A stretch of 64,000 nucleotides of DNA. It comes from Candidatus Aminicenantales bacterium. GTDB lineage: Bacteria > Acidobacteriota > Aminicenantia > Aminicenantales > Saccharicenantaceae. Shown here piece after piece: positions 56,762 to 64,000 of the stretch. How positions within the stretch are numbered: position 1 is the stretch's first letter; each line of letters begins with the position of its first letter. The stretch spans positions 65,285-129,284 of the forward strand of contig JBEKBS010000010.1 in NCBI GenBank assembly GCA_050015275.1, given 5' to 3'. The position numbers and the translations under genes were made by a program. The notes under the pieces were generated by a model that was given only the letters and a program-made list of their open reading frames with translations, was not told the origin of the DNA and ran no database searches.

Positions 56762-59107
56762 ATGAAGCTCAATATCCGCAGGATCGACAGAATTTTCGAG
56801 GCCGCGGAGAGAGACGGCCGGAGCTTCCTCCTGGAGCCCGAAGTCTATGAGCTCCTCAGTCTTGCCGGGATCGCCGTTCCCAGACACGTCTTCATCCCCC
56901 CGGGAACGAAGGCCTCCCGTAAAGACCTGGCCGCCCTCGAGTCGGATTCCGTCGTCGTCAAGATCGTCTCTGCCCTCATCATCCACAAATCGGACGTGGG
57001 CGGGGTGGAGTTCGTCACGGCGGACGCGGCCGCGGTCAACCGGGCCGGCGCCCGGATGCTCCGGACCGTCCCGTCGCGCTACCTCGAGTGGGAGAAAAAG
57101 GCCCTCGAGGCCGACCCCGGCAACTCCTCAAACCTCAGATCGGTCAGGGCCTCTGTCCGCGGCTTCCTGGTCATGGAAAAGGTCGAGTTCGAGAATGTCG
57201 GCTTCGGCTCCGAGATCCTCCTCGGGGCCAGGAACACGCGCGACTTCGGACCGATCCTCACGATGGGCGGCGGCGGCCTTGACGTCGAGTACATGAACGA
57301 GCGCCTCCGCGAGGGGCGGGCGGCGGCCATGAGCTCCGTCCATCTCGCGCCGGACGGCGCGGTCCCGGGCCTTCTCGAGCCCCTGACCTTCTTCGGCAAG
57401 CTGGCCTCTGAATTCCGCGGCCGCAAGCCCCTCGTCTCGCCCAGGATCCTGGCCGAAACGTTCCTCCGTTTCAGGGACTTGGCCGCGGCTTTCTCTCCCT
57501 CTACGGACCTTTCATCTTTCGTCATCGAGGAAGCCGAGGTCAATCCCTTCGTCGTCCGGGCGGGGAAACTCGTCCCGCTCGATGGTGTCTGCCGGTTTTC
57601 GCGTGAGAAAAGGGATGTGACGGACCGCCCCGGGGCGGACATCCGCGCGCTGTTGCGCCCGGCATCCGTCGGCATCATCGGCGTCTCGGAAAAGATGAAC
57701 ATCGGCCACATCATCCTCAACAACATCCTGAAGAACGGCTTCCCCCGGGAGAGCGTGGTCGTCGTCAAGCCCGGCCTTCTTGAGATCGAGGGCTGCCGCT
57801 GCGTCCCCTCGGTCAAGGACATGCCCCAGACGGTCGACCTCTTTGTCCTGACCCTAGGCGCCGAGCAGTGCTTCGAGGTCATGAAAGAGCTCGTCGAGAA
57901 CGACCGGGCCCGCTCGGTCATCCTCATCGCCGGAGGGATGGGGGAGAAGGAGGGCGGGGGGTCGATCGAAGAGGCGATCCGGGCGCTCCTGGCCAGGGGC
58001 CGCGCCGAGGGCAGGATCACGCCCATCGTCAACGGCGGAAACTGCCTGGGCGTCTATTCGAAGCCGGGGCGGTACGACACGACGTTCATCCCCGATCACA
58101 AGCTTCCCCGGCCGAAAAGCCCGGGCTCGGGCCTGGCCGTGGTCAGCCAGAGCGGCGCTTTCATGATCTGCCGGATGAGCAAGCTGCCCATGATTGAGCC
58201 GGTCTACGCGGTTTCTTTGGGCAACCAGCTCGACCTGACGGTTTCGGATTACATGAGGTATCTCAAAGACGACGCGGAGGTCAGGAACTTCGCCGTCTAC
58301 ATGGAAGGCTTCAAGCCGGGGGATGGCCTCGCCTTCGCCCGGGCCGTCCGTGAGATCACTGCCGGCGGTCTCCGGTCGGTCCTTGTCTACAAGGCGGGCC
58401 GGAGCCCCGAAGGGCGGGCCGCGACCTCGAGCCACACGGCCTCGGTCGCGGGCGATTACGCCGTCTTCCGCTCGGTCCTCGAACAGTCGGGCGCGATCGT
58501 CGCCGCCGACCTCTTCGAGTTCGAGAGCTTCATGAAGGCCCTCGTCCTTCTCGAGGGGAAAAAGGTCCGGGGTCGCCGGGCGGGCCTCATCAGCAACGCC
58601 GGTTTCGAGTGCGTCGTCCTGGCCGATAACCTGAAGGACGGGACGGGCCTGGAGCTGGCCGCGTTCTCGCCCGAAACACAGCGAAGGATCATCGCGGCCC
58701 TGCACCCCCTCGGCATCGACCGGCTCCAGGACGTCCACAACCCCCTTGACGTCACGCCCGTCGCCGACGACGCCGTCTTCTCCGAGTGCGCTCGGGCTGT
58801 CCTCGAGGACCCTGGGGTGGACTGCGCCGTCGTTTCCAACGTCCCTATGACGCCGGCTGAGCAGACTCTCCCGGCGGGCGAGGGCTACCGCGAAGACTTC
58901 ATGAGGCCCGAAAGCTTTGCCCGCCGGATCGTCGAGATCTTCCGTGCTACGGACAAGCCCTTCGTCGTGTGCATCGACGCCGGCGAGCTCTACAACCCCT
59001 TGGTCGCCTTCTTGGAAAACTCGGGGATTCCGGTGTTCCGCCGGGCCGACGAGGCCGTCCGTTTCCTGAGGGCTTACGTGGGGCACAAGGTCGGGCCGGG
59101 GAGGTAG
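56762..59107 (+). CDS. ADP-forming (NDP-forming) acyl-CoA synthetase, fused ATP-grasp (N) + CoA-binding/ligase (C) domains
   Basis: An ATP-grasp half at residues 1-290, then the CoA-binding Rossmann VGIIGVSEKMNIGHII and succinyl-CoA-ligase-like flavodoxin domains. Confidence 0.75.
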   Translation: MKLNIRRIDRIFEAAERDGRSFLLEPEVYELLSLAGIAVPRHVFIPPGTKASRKDLAALESDSVVVKIVSALIIHKSDVGGVEFVTADAAAVNRAGARMLRTVPSRYLEWEKKALEADPGNSSNLRSVRASVRGFLVMEKVEFENVGFGSEILLGARNTRDFGPILTMGGGGLDVEYMNERLREGRAAAMSSVHLAPDGAVPGLLEPLTFFGKLASEFRGRKPLVSPRILAETFLRFRDLAAAFSPSTDLSSFVIEEAEVNPFVVRAGKLVPLDGVCRFSREKRDVTDRPGADIRALLRPASVGIIGVSEKMNIGHIILNNILKNGFPRESVVVVKPGLLEIEGCRCVPSVKDMPQTVDLFVLTLGAEQCFEVMKELVENDRARSVILIAGGMGEKEGGGSIEEAIRALLARGRAEGRITPIVNGGNCLGVYSKPGRYDTTFIPDHKLPRPKSPGSGLAVVSQSGAFMICRMSKLPMIEPVYAVSLGNQLDLTVSDYMRYLKDDAEVRNFAVYMEGFKPGDGLAFARAVREITAGGLRSVLVYKAGRSPEGRAATSSHTASVAGDYAVFRSVLEQSGAIVAADLFEFESFMKALVLLEGKKVRGRRAGLISNAGFECVVLADNLKDGTGLELAAFSPETQRRIIAALHPLGIDRLQDVHNPLDVTPVADDAVFSECARAVLEDPGVDCAVVSNVPMTPAEQTLPAGEGYREDFMRPESFARRIVEIFRATDKPFVVCIDAGELYNPLVAFLENSGIPVFRRADEAVRFLRAYVGHKVGPGR

Positions 59108-59167
59108 ATTCAGGCCGTCCCGGCGGCCGCGACGGACGGCCGGAATAGGATTTTGGAGGAGGTCGGC

Positions 59168-59923
59168 ATGGACATGCGGTTCAAGACAACGTTCCTCGCC
59201 CTCTGGGAAAGATATTTCCCTCAGGCGGAGCTCCCGGTGGCGTTTTACTACACGGAGGAAAAGACGGCGGGCCGGCGCCTATCCGCCGATTCATCCAACC
59301 GATGCCTGGTCGCGAACCTGGTCAGGGTCCGGAAAGGGGAAACGCTCCTCTTCGACGCGGATTCCGTCGGCTGCCCGGGCGGAAGGAGGTACCTCGGTTT
59401 TTCGGACACCATCCAGCCGGGGTTCGAATATTTCCTTTCCTGCGGAATCCCCGGCAAGATGGAGGGCGAGCGCTACAAGAAAACCCCCGAGCTCGTCCGC
59501 GAGGTCATGGCCAGGGCGCCCGCCTTCAAAGCGCCGGCAAGGTTCATCGTCTTCAAGCGCTGGGACCTCCTCGAGGAACCCGACGTCCCGGACGCGGTCA
59601 TATTCTTCGCCCAAGCCGATGTCCTCTCCGGCCTGTTCACCCTGGCGAGCTTCGATGAGGCGGAGACGAGCGGGGTCATCGCCCCGTTCTCGGCCGGTTG
59701 CGGCTCGGTCGTCGAATACCCCTACCTCGAGAAAACCTCGAAGGCGCCCCGCGGCATCATCGGGCTGTTCGACCCCTCCGCCCGGCCGTACGTCGAACCG
59801 GACCGCCTGTCTTTCGCCGCCCCGATGGAGAAGTTCGTCCGCATGGTCGGGAACATGGAGGAGAGTTTCCTGACGACCCCGACCTGGAGCAAGATCCGGG
59901 ACCGGATCGCCCGGGGGAAATAG
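59168..59923 (+). CDS. DUF169-like protein (hypothetical)
   Basis: About 250 aa and cytoplasmic, and the Cys/Gly-rich block GCPGGRRYLGF. The start MDMRF lies 8 nt after GGAGGAGG. Confidence 0.45.
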   Translation: MDMRFKTTFLALWERYFPQAELPVAFYYTEEKTAGRRLSADSSNRCLVANLVRVRKGETLLFDADSVGCPGGRRYLGFSDTIQPGFEYFLSCGIPGKMEGERYKKTPELVREVMARAPAFKAPARFIVFKRWDLLEEPDVPDAVIFFAQADVLSGLFTLASFDEAETSGVIAPFSAGCGSVVEYPYLEKTSKAPRGIIGLFDPSARPYVEPDRLSFAAPMEKFVRMVGNMEESFLTTPTWSKIRDRIARGK

Positions 59924-59988
59924 CCCCCCGAAGCCCTGCCGCCGGAGCCGTCTTGCCTCCCGGCCGGACGCGTGATACAATCGCTCTA

Positions 59989-60909
59989 ATGAAACGGGCG
60001 TCCGTCCTCGTCGCGCTCGCGATCGTTCTTGCTGGAGGTGCCGGCTTGATGACCGCGCAGAACCGCCCGGCGGCCGGGCGCATGGCCGCGTTCATCCCGA
60101 GAACGATCGGCCCCTGGCTGTCGGAGGCGGACCACGTCTATGACGCCGAGACGATCTTCCAATACATCGACGGCGCGGGCGAAGTCTACCGTTCGTACAA
60201 CATGAAGGTCCTCGTTTCCCGCCGCTTCCACAAGGACGGCCGGCCCGACATCGTCGTCGACCTCTTCGACATGGGATCCTCCCTGGACGCGTTCGGCGTC
60301 TTCACTCACGACCTTGACGGGGAGGACGCCGACGTCGGCCAGGGATCGAATTACAAGGCGGGGCAACTATCGTTCTGGAAGGACCGCTATTTTGGTTCCC
60401 TGTCAACCGAGGAAGAGAACAAGGACACCAAAGCCGCCGTTTTCGAACTGGGGCGGCTGATCGCCGCGGCCATCCCGAAAGAAGGGCCGAAGCCGAAGCT
60501 CCTGTCCTATCTTCCGGCCGAGGGACTCGACGCGGGCCACGTCTGCTATTTCCACAATCATTCCATCCTCAACTACCATTTCTTCGTCGCCGAGGGCGAC
60601 ATCCTCCTCCTCGAACAGACGGCCTCGGCGGTCTTGGCTCCGTACAAGTCGGCCCGGGGCAAGAGCTTTCTCCTCGTCGTCGTTTACCCGGACGAGGCGA
60701 AGGCCGCCCGGGCCTACGACTCTTTCGCCAAGAGCTACATGCCGGACGCCCAGAAAACGGGAATCGTCCGGACCGAGGACAAGAAATGGACCGCTTCCGC
60801 CCGGTCCGGCGATATCCTCATCGTCGTGTTCAACGCGGATTCTGACGAGTTCGCCATGAACCAGCTGGCTCTGGTTCAGGAGCTGATCGAGGCCGCGAAC
60901 AAAAAATAG
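59989..60909 (+). CDS. Secreted hypothetical protein
   Basis: Signal peptide MKRASVLVALAIVLAGGAGLMTAQ. The track ORF 59698-60909 starts too early. Confidence 0.6.
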   Translation: MKRASVLVALAIVLAGGAGLMTAQNRPAAGRMAAFIPRTIGPWLSEADHVYDAETIFQYIDGAGEVYRSYNMKVLVSRRFHKDGRPDIVVDLFDMGSSLDAFGVFTHDLDGEDADVGQGSNYKAGQLSFWKDRYFGSLSTEEENKDTKAAVFELGRLIAAAIPKEGPKPKLLSYLPAEGLDAGHVCYFHNHSILNYHFFVAEGDILLLEQTASAVLAPYKSARGKSFLLVVVYPDEAKAARAYDSFAKSYMPDAQKTGIVRTEDKKWTASARSGDILIVVFNADSDEFAMNQLALVQELIEAANKK

Positions 60910-60975
60910 GGCGGCCGGGACCGGTCACTGGCCGGGGGGCCCGCCGAGCATCCAGCGAAAGGAGGCCTTTGAACC

Positions 60976-61869
60976 ATGAGCGGGAACATGATCACCCGCA
61001 GGGATTTTCTGAAGGTCGCTTCGGCCGCCCCCCTGGCGGGGGCTCTCCTCCCGGCCCTCAGGGGCGGGTCGACGGGTGCTGAAGAGAAGGCCAAGGTCGT
61101 CCTCGTCCGCGACCCGAAAGCACTCGACGCTTCGGGAGCCCCCGACGCCGAGGTCATCCAGCGGATGCTGGACGAGGCGGTCCGCGCGCTTTTCGACGAG
61201 AAAGACGTCGTTAAAGCCTGGAAAAAGATCGTGGAGCCGTGGGACGTTGTCGGGATCAAGACCAACGTCTGGAACCAGCTGCCCACCACGTCCCAGGTGG
61301 AGCAGGCCATCAAGGGCCGGGTGATGGACGCCGGGGTCCCGGAAGACAAGCTCTCCGTCGACGACAGGGGCGTGCTCAGGAACCCGATCTTCCAAAACGC
61401 GACGGCCCTGATCAATGCCCGCCCCGCCAGGGTACACCAATGGGCGGGCATGGGGAGCTGCATCAAGAATTACATCATGTTCGTGCCCAAACCCTCCGAC
61501 TACCACGCCGATTCGTGCGCGGACCTGGCCAAGATCTGGAACCTGCCGCATGTCAGGGGAAAGACCCGGCTCAATATCCTGGTCATGCTCACCCCTCTTT
61601 TCTATGTGCCCGGCAGCAAGACCCAATACGATAAACAGTATGTCTGGGCCTACAAGGGGCTGATCGTCAGCCGGGACCCCGTGGCCGCGGACGCCACCGG
61701 GCTCCAGGTGATCATGGCCAAGGGGCGCGAGTTTTTCGGCCAGGACCAACCCCCGCGGATGTCGCCTCACCACATCTTCCTGGCCGACACGCGGCACCAC
61801 CTGGGCGTGAGCGACCCGGCCCGGATCGAACTCGTCAGGCTCGGCTGGAAAGAGGGGATCCTGATCTAG
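60976..61869 (+). CDS. Tat-exported hypothetical protein (DUF362-like)
   Basis: Tat signal ITRRDFLKVASAAPLAGALLPALRGGSTGA, and a block KVVLVRDP...DVVGIKTN resembling DUF362 proteins. Confidence 0.5.
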   Translation: MSGNMITRRDFLKVASAAPLAGALLPALRGGSTGAEEKAKVVLVRDPKALDASGAPDAEVIQRMLDEAVRALFDEKDVVKAWKKIVEPWDVVGIKTNVWNQLPTTSQVEQAIKGRVMDAGVPEDKLSVDDRGVLRNPIFQNATALINARPARVHQWAGMGSCIKNYIMFVPKPSDYHADSCADLAKIWNLPHVRGKTRLNILVMLTPLFYVPGSKTQYDKQYVWAYKGLIVSRDPVAADATGLQVIMAKGREFFGQDQPPRMSPHHIFLADTRHHLGVSDPARIELVRLGWKEGILI

Positions 61870-62247
61870 ATGCCGATCTACGAATACCGCTGTTCCGACT
61901 GCGGCAAGAAGATGCAGGTCCTGACCCTGTCCGTCAAGTCGGCCGTGGAGCCGAAGTGCCGGCACTGCGGCGGCGTGAACCTCCAGAAGCTCGTTTCCCG
62001 GATCGCCGTCCTCCGCTCGGAGGAAAGCCGCCTGGAAAGCATGGCGGACCCGTCTGCGCTCTCCGGGCTGGATGAGAGCGACCCCAAGAGCGTGGCCCGC
62101 TGGATGAAGAAAATGGGGAAGGAGATGGGTGAGGAGACGGGCGAGGATTTCGACCAAGAGGTCGAACAGGCCATGGAAGAGGCCGAGGGGGGCGGGGGAG
62201 AAGGCGCCGCCGGTGGGGAAATGGGAGAAGATGACGATGGGTATTGA
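61870..62247 (+). CDS. FmdB-family zinc-ribbon protein with acidic tail
   Basis: MPIYEYRCSDCGK ... CRHCGG, ending in an acidic and Gly-rich C-terminus. Its start abuts the upstream stop. Confidence 0.85.
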   Translation: MPIYEYRCSDCGKKMQVLTLSVKSAVEPKCRHCGGVNLQKLVSRIAVLRSEESRLESMADPSALSGLDESDPKSVARWMKKMGKEMGEETGEDFDQEVEQAMEEAEGGGGEGAAGGEMGEDDDGY

Positions 62248-62277
62248 GCGGTTCGCCGCGGGTGAAGGAGGTGGAAG

Positions 62278-63522
62278 ATGACAGGTCTCACGGGTGTCTA
62301 TTTATTCATCGGCGGGGGCGTCTTCGGCGCCGCGGTCGTCCTCGTCCTCCAGCTCGTGAAGAAGAGGGAGGCGAAAGAGATCGCCCGCGAGCTCGTCAGC
62401 GAGGCCGAGGTCGAAAAGGTCAAGGACTTGGAGGTTTTCCTCGGCCGGGTCAAGGATTCGCTGGGCTCCATGTCCTTCGACGCCCTGAAAAAAACCTCGG
62501 AGGAGTTCCTGAAGCTCGCCGAGTCGGTCCTCAGCAAGCAGACCCAGTCGGGAGAAAAAGAGCTGGAGGGGAAGAAGAAGCTGATCGACCAGAACCTCGA
62601 ATCCATGCGCGGTGACCTTCAGAAGATGCAAGACCTCGTGTCCGGCTTCGAGAAGGACCGCGTCCAGAAATACGGCGAGCTGTCCGCCCACCTAAAAACC
62701 GCCGCGGAACAGACCTCGAAACTCCAGGAAACGGCGAACCACCTGAGGCAGGCCCTGGTCAGCACCAAGGCCCGCGGCCTGTGGGGGGAGCGGATGGCCG
62801 AGGACGTCCTCCAGCTGGCCGGGTTCGTCGAGGGCGTCAACTACCTCAAGCAGAAAGCCCTCGAAGGGACTGGGTCCCGCCCCGACTACACCTTCCAGCT
62901 GCCTCAGGGCCGGAAGGTCAACATGGACGTCAAGTTCCCCATGAACAGCTACCTGCGCTACCTCGAGACGGAGAACGACATGGAGCGGGATGTCCAGAAG
63001 GGCCAGTTCTTAAAGGACGTCCGGGCCCGGATAAAAGAGGTCACGACCCGCGATTACATCAACCCCGAGGACGAGACCTTGGACTATGTCCTCGTCTTCA
63101 TCCCCAACGAGCAGGTTTATGCCTTCATCAACCAGAACGACCCGTCCATCATCGACGACGCCCTCCGGAGCAAGGTCATCCTCTGCTCGCCGTTCACCCT
63201 GTTCGCCATCCTGGCTATCATCCGCCAAGCCATAGACAACTTCAGCACGGCCAAGGCGGCCAACGACATGCTCCGCCTCATGGGTGGATTCAACAAGGAG
63301 TGGGAGAAATTCGTGGAGTCCATGGACAAGATGGGCCGCAAGCTCGAGGACGCCAGGGACGAATTCCAGAGGCTCTCCACGACCCGCCGGAACAAGCTCG
63401 AGCGGCTGCTCCAGAGGCTCGAGGACCTGCGGCGGCTGAAGGGGATCGAGCGCGAGTTCGTCCTCGGGGAGGCCGAGGTCCTGGCCCTCGATGAGGCCGA
63501 GGAGAAAGAGGCGACGAAGTAG
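62278..63522 (+). CDS. rmuC: DNA recombination protein RmuC
   Basis: An N-terminal transmembrane helix, a coiled coil, and the C-terminal RmuC domain (YVLVFIPNEQVY...ILCSPFTLFA). Confidence 0.9.
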   Translation: MTGLTGVYLFIGGGVFGAAVVLVLQLVKKREAKEIARELVSEAEVEKVKDLEVFLGRVKDSLGSMSFDALKKTSEEFLKLAESVLSKQTQSGEKELEGKKKLIDQNLESMRGDLQKMQDLVSGFEKDRVQKYGELSAHLKTAAEQTSKLQETANHLRQALVSTKARGLWGERMAEDVLQLAGFVEGVNYLKQKALEGTGSRPDYTFQLPQGRKVNMDVKFPMNSYLRYLETENDMERDVQKGQFLKDVRARIKEVTTRDYINPEDETLDYVLVFIPNEQVYAFINQNDPSIIDDALRSKVILCSPFTLFAILAIIRQAIDNFSTAKAANDMLRLMGGFNKEWEKFVESMDKMGRKLEDARDEFQRLSTTRRNKLERLLQRLEDLRRLKGIEREFVLGEAEVLALDEAEEKEATK

Positions 63523-63538
63523 AGCCCCTTTCCGGGTT

Positions 63539-64000
63539 TCAGGTCCGCGGGCCGAAGATGGCGGTCCCGATCCGGACCATGGTTGCGCCTTCCTCGATCG
63601 CGATGCGCCAGGAATTTGTCATGCCCATGGACAGGTGCCGCATGGCGACGCCGGGGATGGCCGCGGCCTTGAGCTTTTCCCAGACCCGGCGCGTTTCCTT
63701 GAAGTAGGGGCGCGAATCCTCAGGGTCTCCCTCGAAAGGTCCCATGGTCATGAGGCCCAGGACGCGCAGGCGGGGGAGCGCCGCGAGCGACCGGACGAGG
63801 GGCTCGACCTCTTCGGGACCGACTCCCGCCTTCTGCGGCTCCCGGCCGCTGTTGACCTCGACGAGGATGTCCATCGTCTTTCCGGCCGCCGCGGCCCGCT
63901 TGTCGATCTCTTGCCCCAGCCCGATCGAATCCACGGTTTCAACGAGGTCGAAGAGCTCGACCGCCTTCCGGACCTTGTTCGTCTGGAGGTGGCCGATGAA
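63539..64000 (-). CDS. yggS: YggS-family pyridoxal-phosphate homeostasis protein, 5'-truncated by the window edge
   Basis: The C-terminal block LSMGMTNSWRIAIEEGATMVRIGTAIFG. The frame is open to the window end. Confidence 0.85.
   Translation of the reverse strand, partial: FIGHLQTNKVRKAVELFDLVETVDSIGLGQEIDKRAAAAGKTMDILVEVNSGREPQKAGVGPEEVEPLVRSLAALPRLRVLGLMTMGPFEGDPEDSRPYFKETRRVWEKLKAAAIPGVAMRHLSMGMTNSWRIAIEEGATMVRIGTAIFGPRT

Noticed and set aside
54648-59086. Minus-strand ORFs 54648-56321 (557 aa) and 57854-59086 (410 aa)
   Set aside because: They are antisense to iorA/iorB and the acyl-CoA synthetase, with low-complexity composition.
1-64000. Mobile elements, CRISPR arrays, rRNA and tRNA
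   Set aside because: There are no integrase, transposase or Cas-like ORFs, no regularly spaced direct repeats, and no tRNA cloverleafs or rRNA-like conserved blocks anywhere in the window.

Overview
This is a high-GC (~65%) bacterial chromosomal window with dense coding on both strands and GGAGG-type ribosome-binding sites. Tat and lipoprotein signal peptides, outer-membrane beta-barrels and a TolC homologue point to a diderm (Gram-negative-type) organism. It looks like core genome: I found no integrase, transposase, CRISPR array, tRNA or rRNA.

Main contents, in order:
- The tail of the ribosomal-protein/alpha operon (map, infA, rpmJ, rpsM, rpsK, rpsD, rpoA, rplQ).
- A peptidoglycan-peptide recycling group (YkfC-like NlpC/P60, exported YkfB-like epimerase, MltD).
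- Housekeeping genes (galE, cca, metG, folE, tsaC-like, larC-like, mtnP, PfkB kinase, tryptophanase/tyrosine phenol-lyase).
- A secreted glycan-degradation locus (DUF2961/GH172-like, glutaminase-A-like, GH109-like, Tat-exported Fe-S aldo/keto reductase).
- A 9.5 kb TetR-controlled tripartite efflux locus (ABC-2 permeases and ATPases, HlyD, TolC; ybhGFSR-like with a split ATPase).
- queA-ruvBAC-yebC, a copper P-type ATPase module, pfkA, folD.
- An Rrf2-regulated indolepyruvate:ferredoxin oxidoreductase plus ADP-forming acyl-CoA synthetase module, followed by conserved unknowns (DUF169, DUF362-like Tat protein, FmdB zinc ribbon), then rmuC and yggS.

Beyond the genes, the window holds a small repeated intergenic element with a strong hairpin (three copies, all between convergent or stop-adjacent genes), a near-consensus sigma70 promoter that makes the TetR gene leaderless, a palindromic operator-like site upstream of the copper ATPase module, and a 33-aa membrane peptide downstream of copA. 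The many long ORFs antisense to real genes are GC artefacts.
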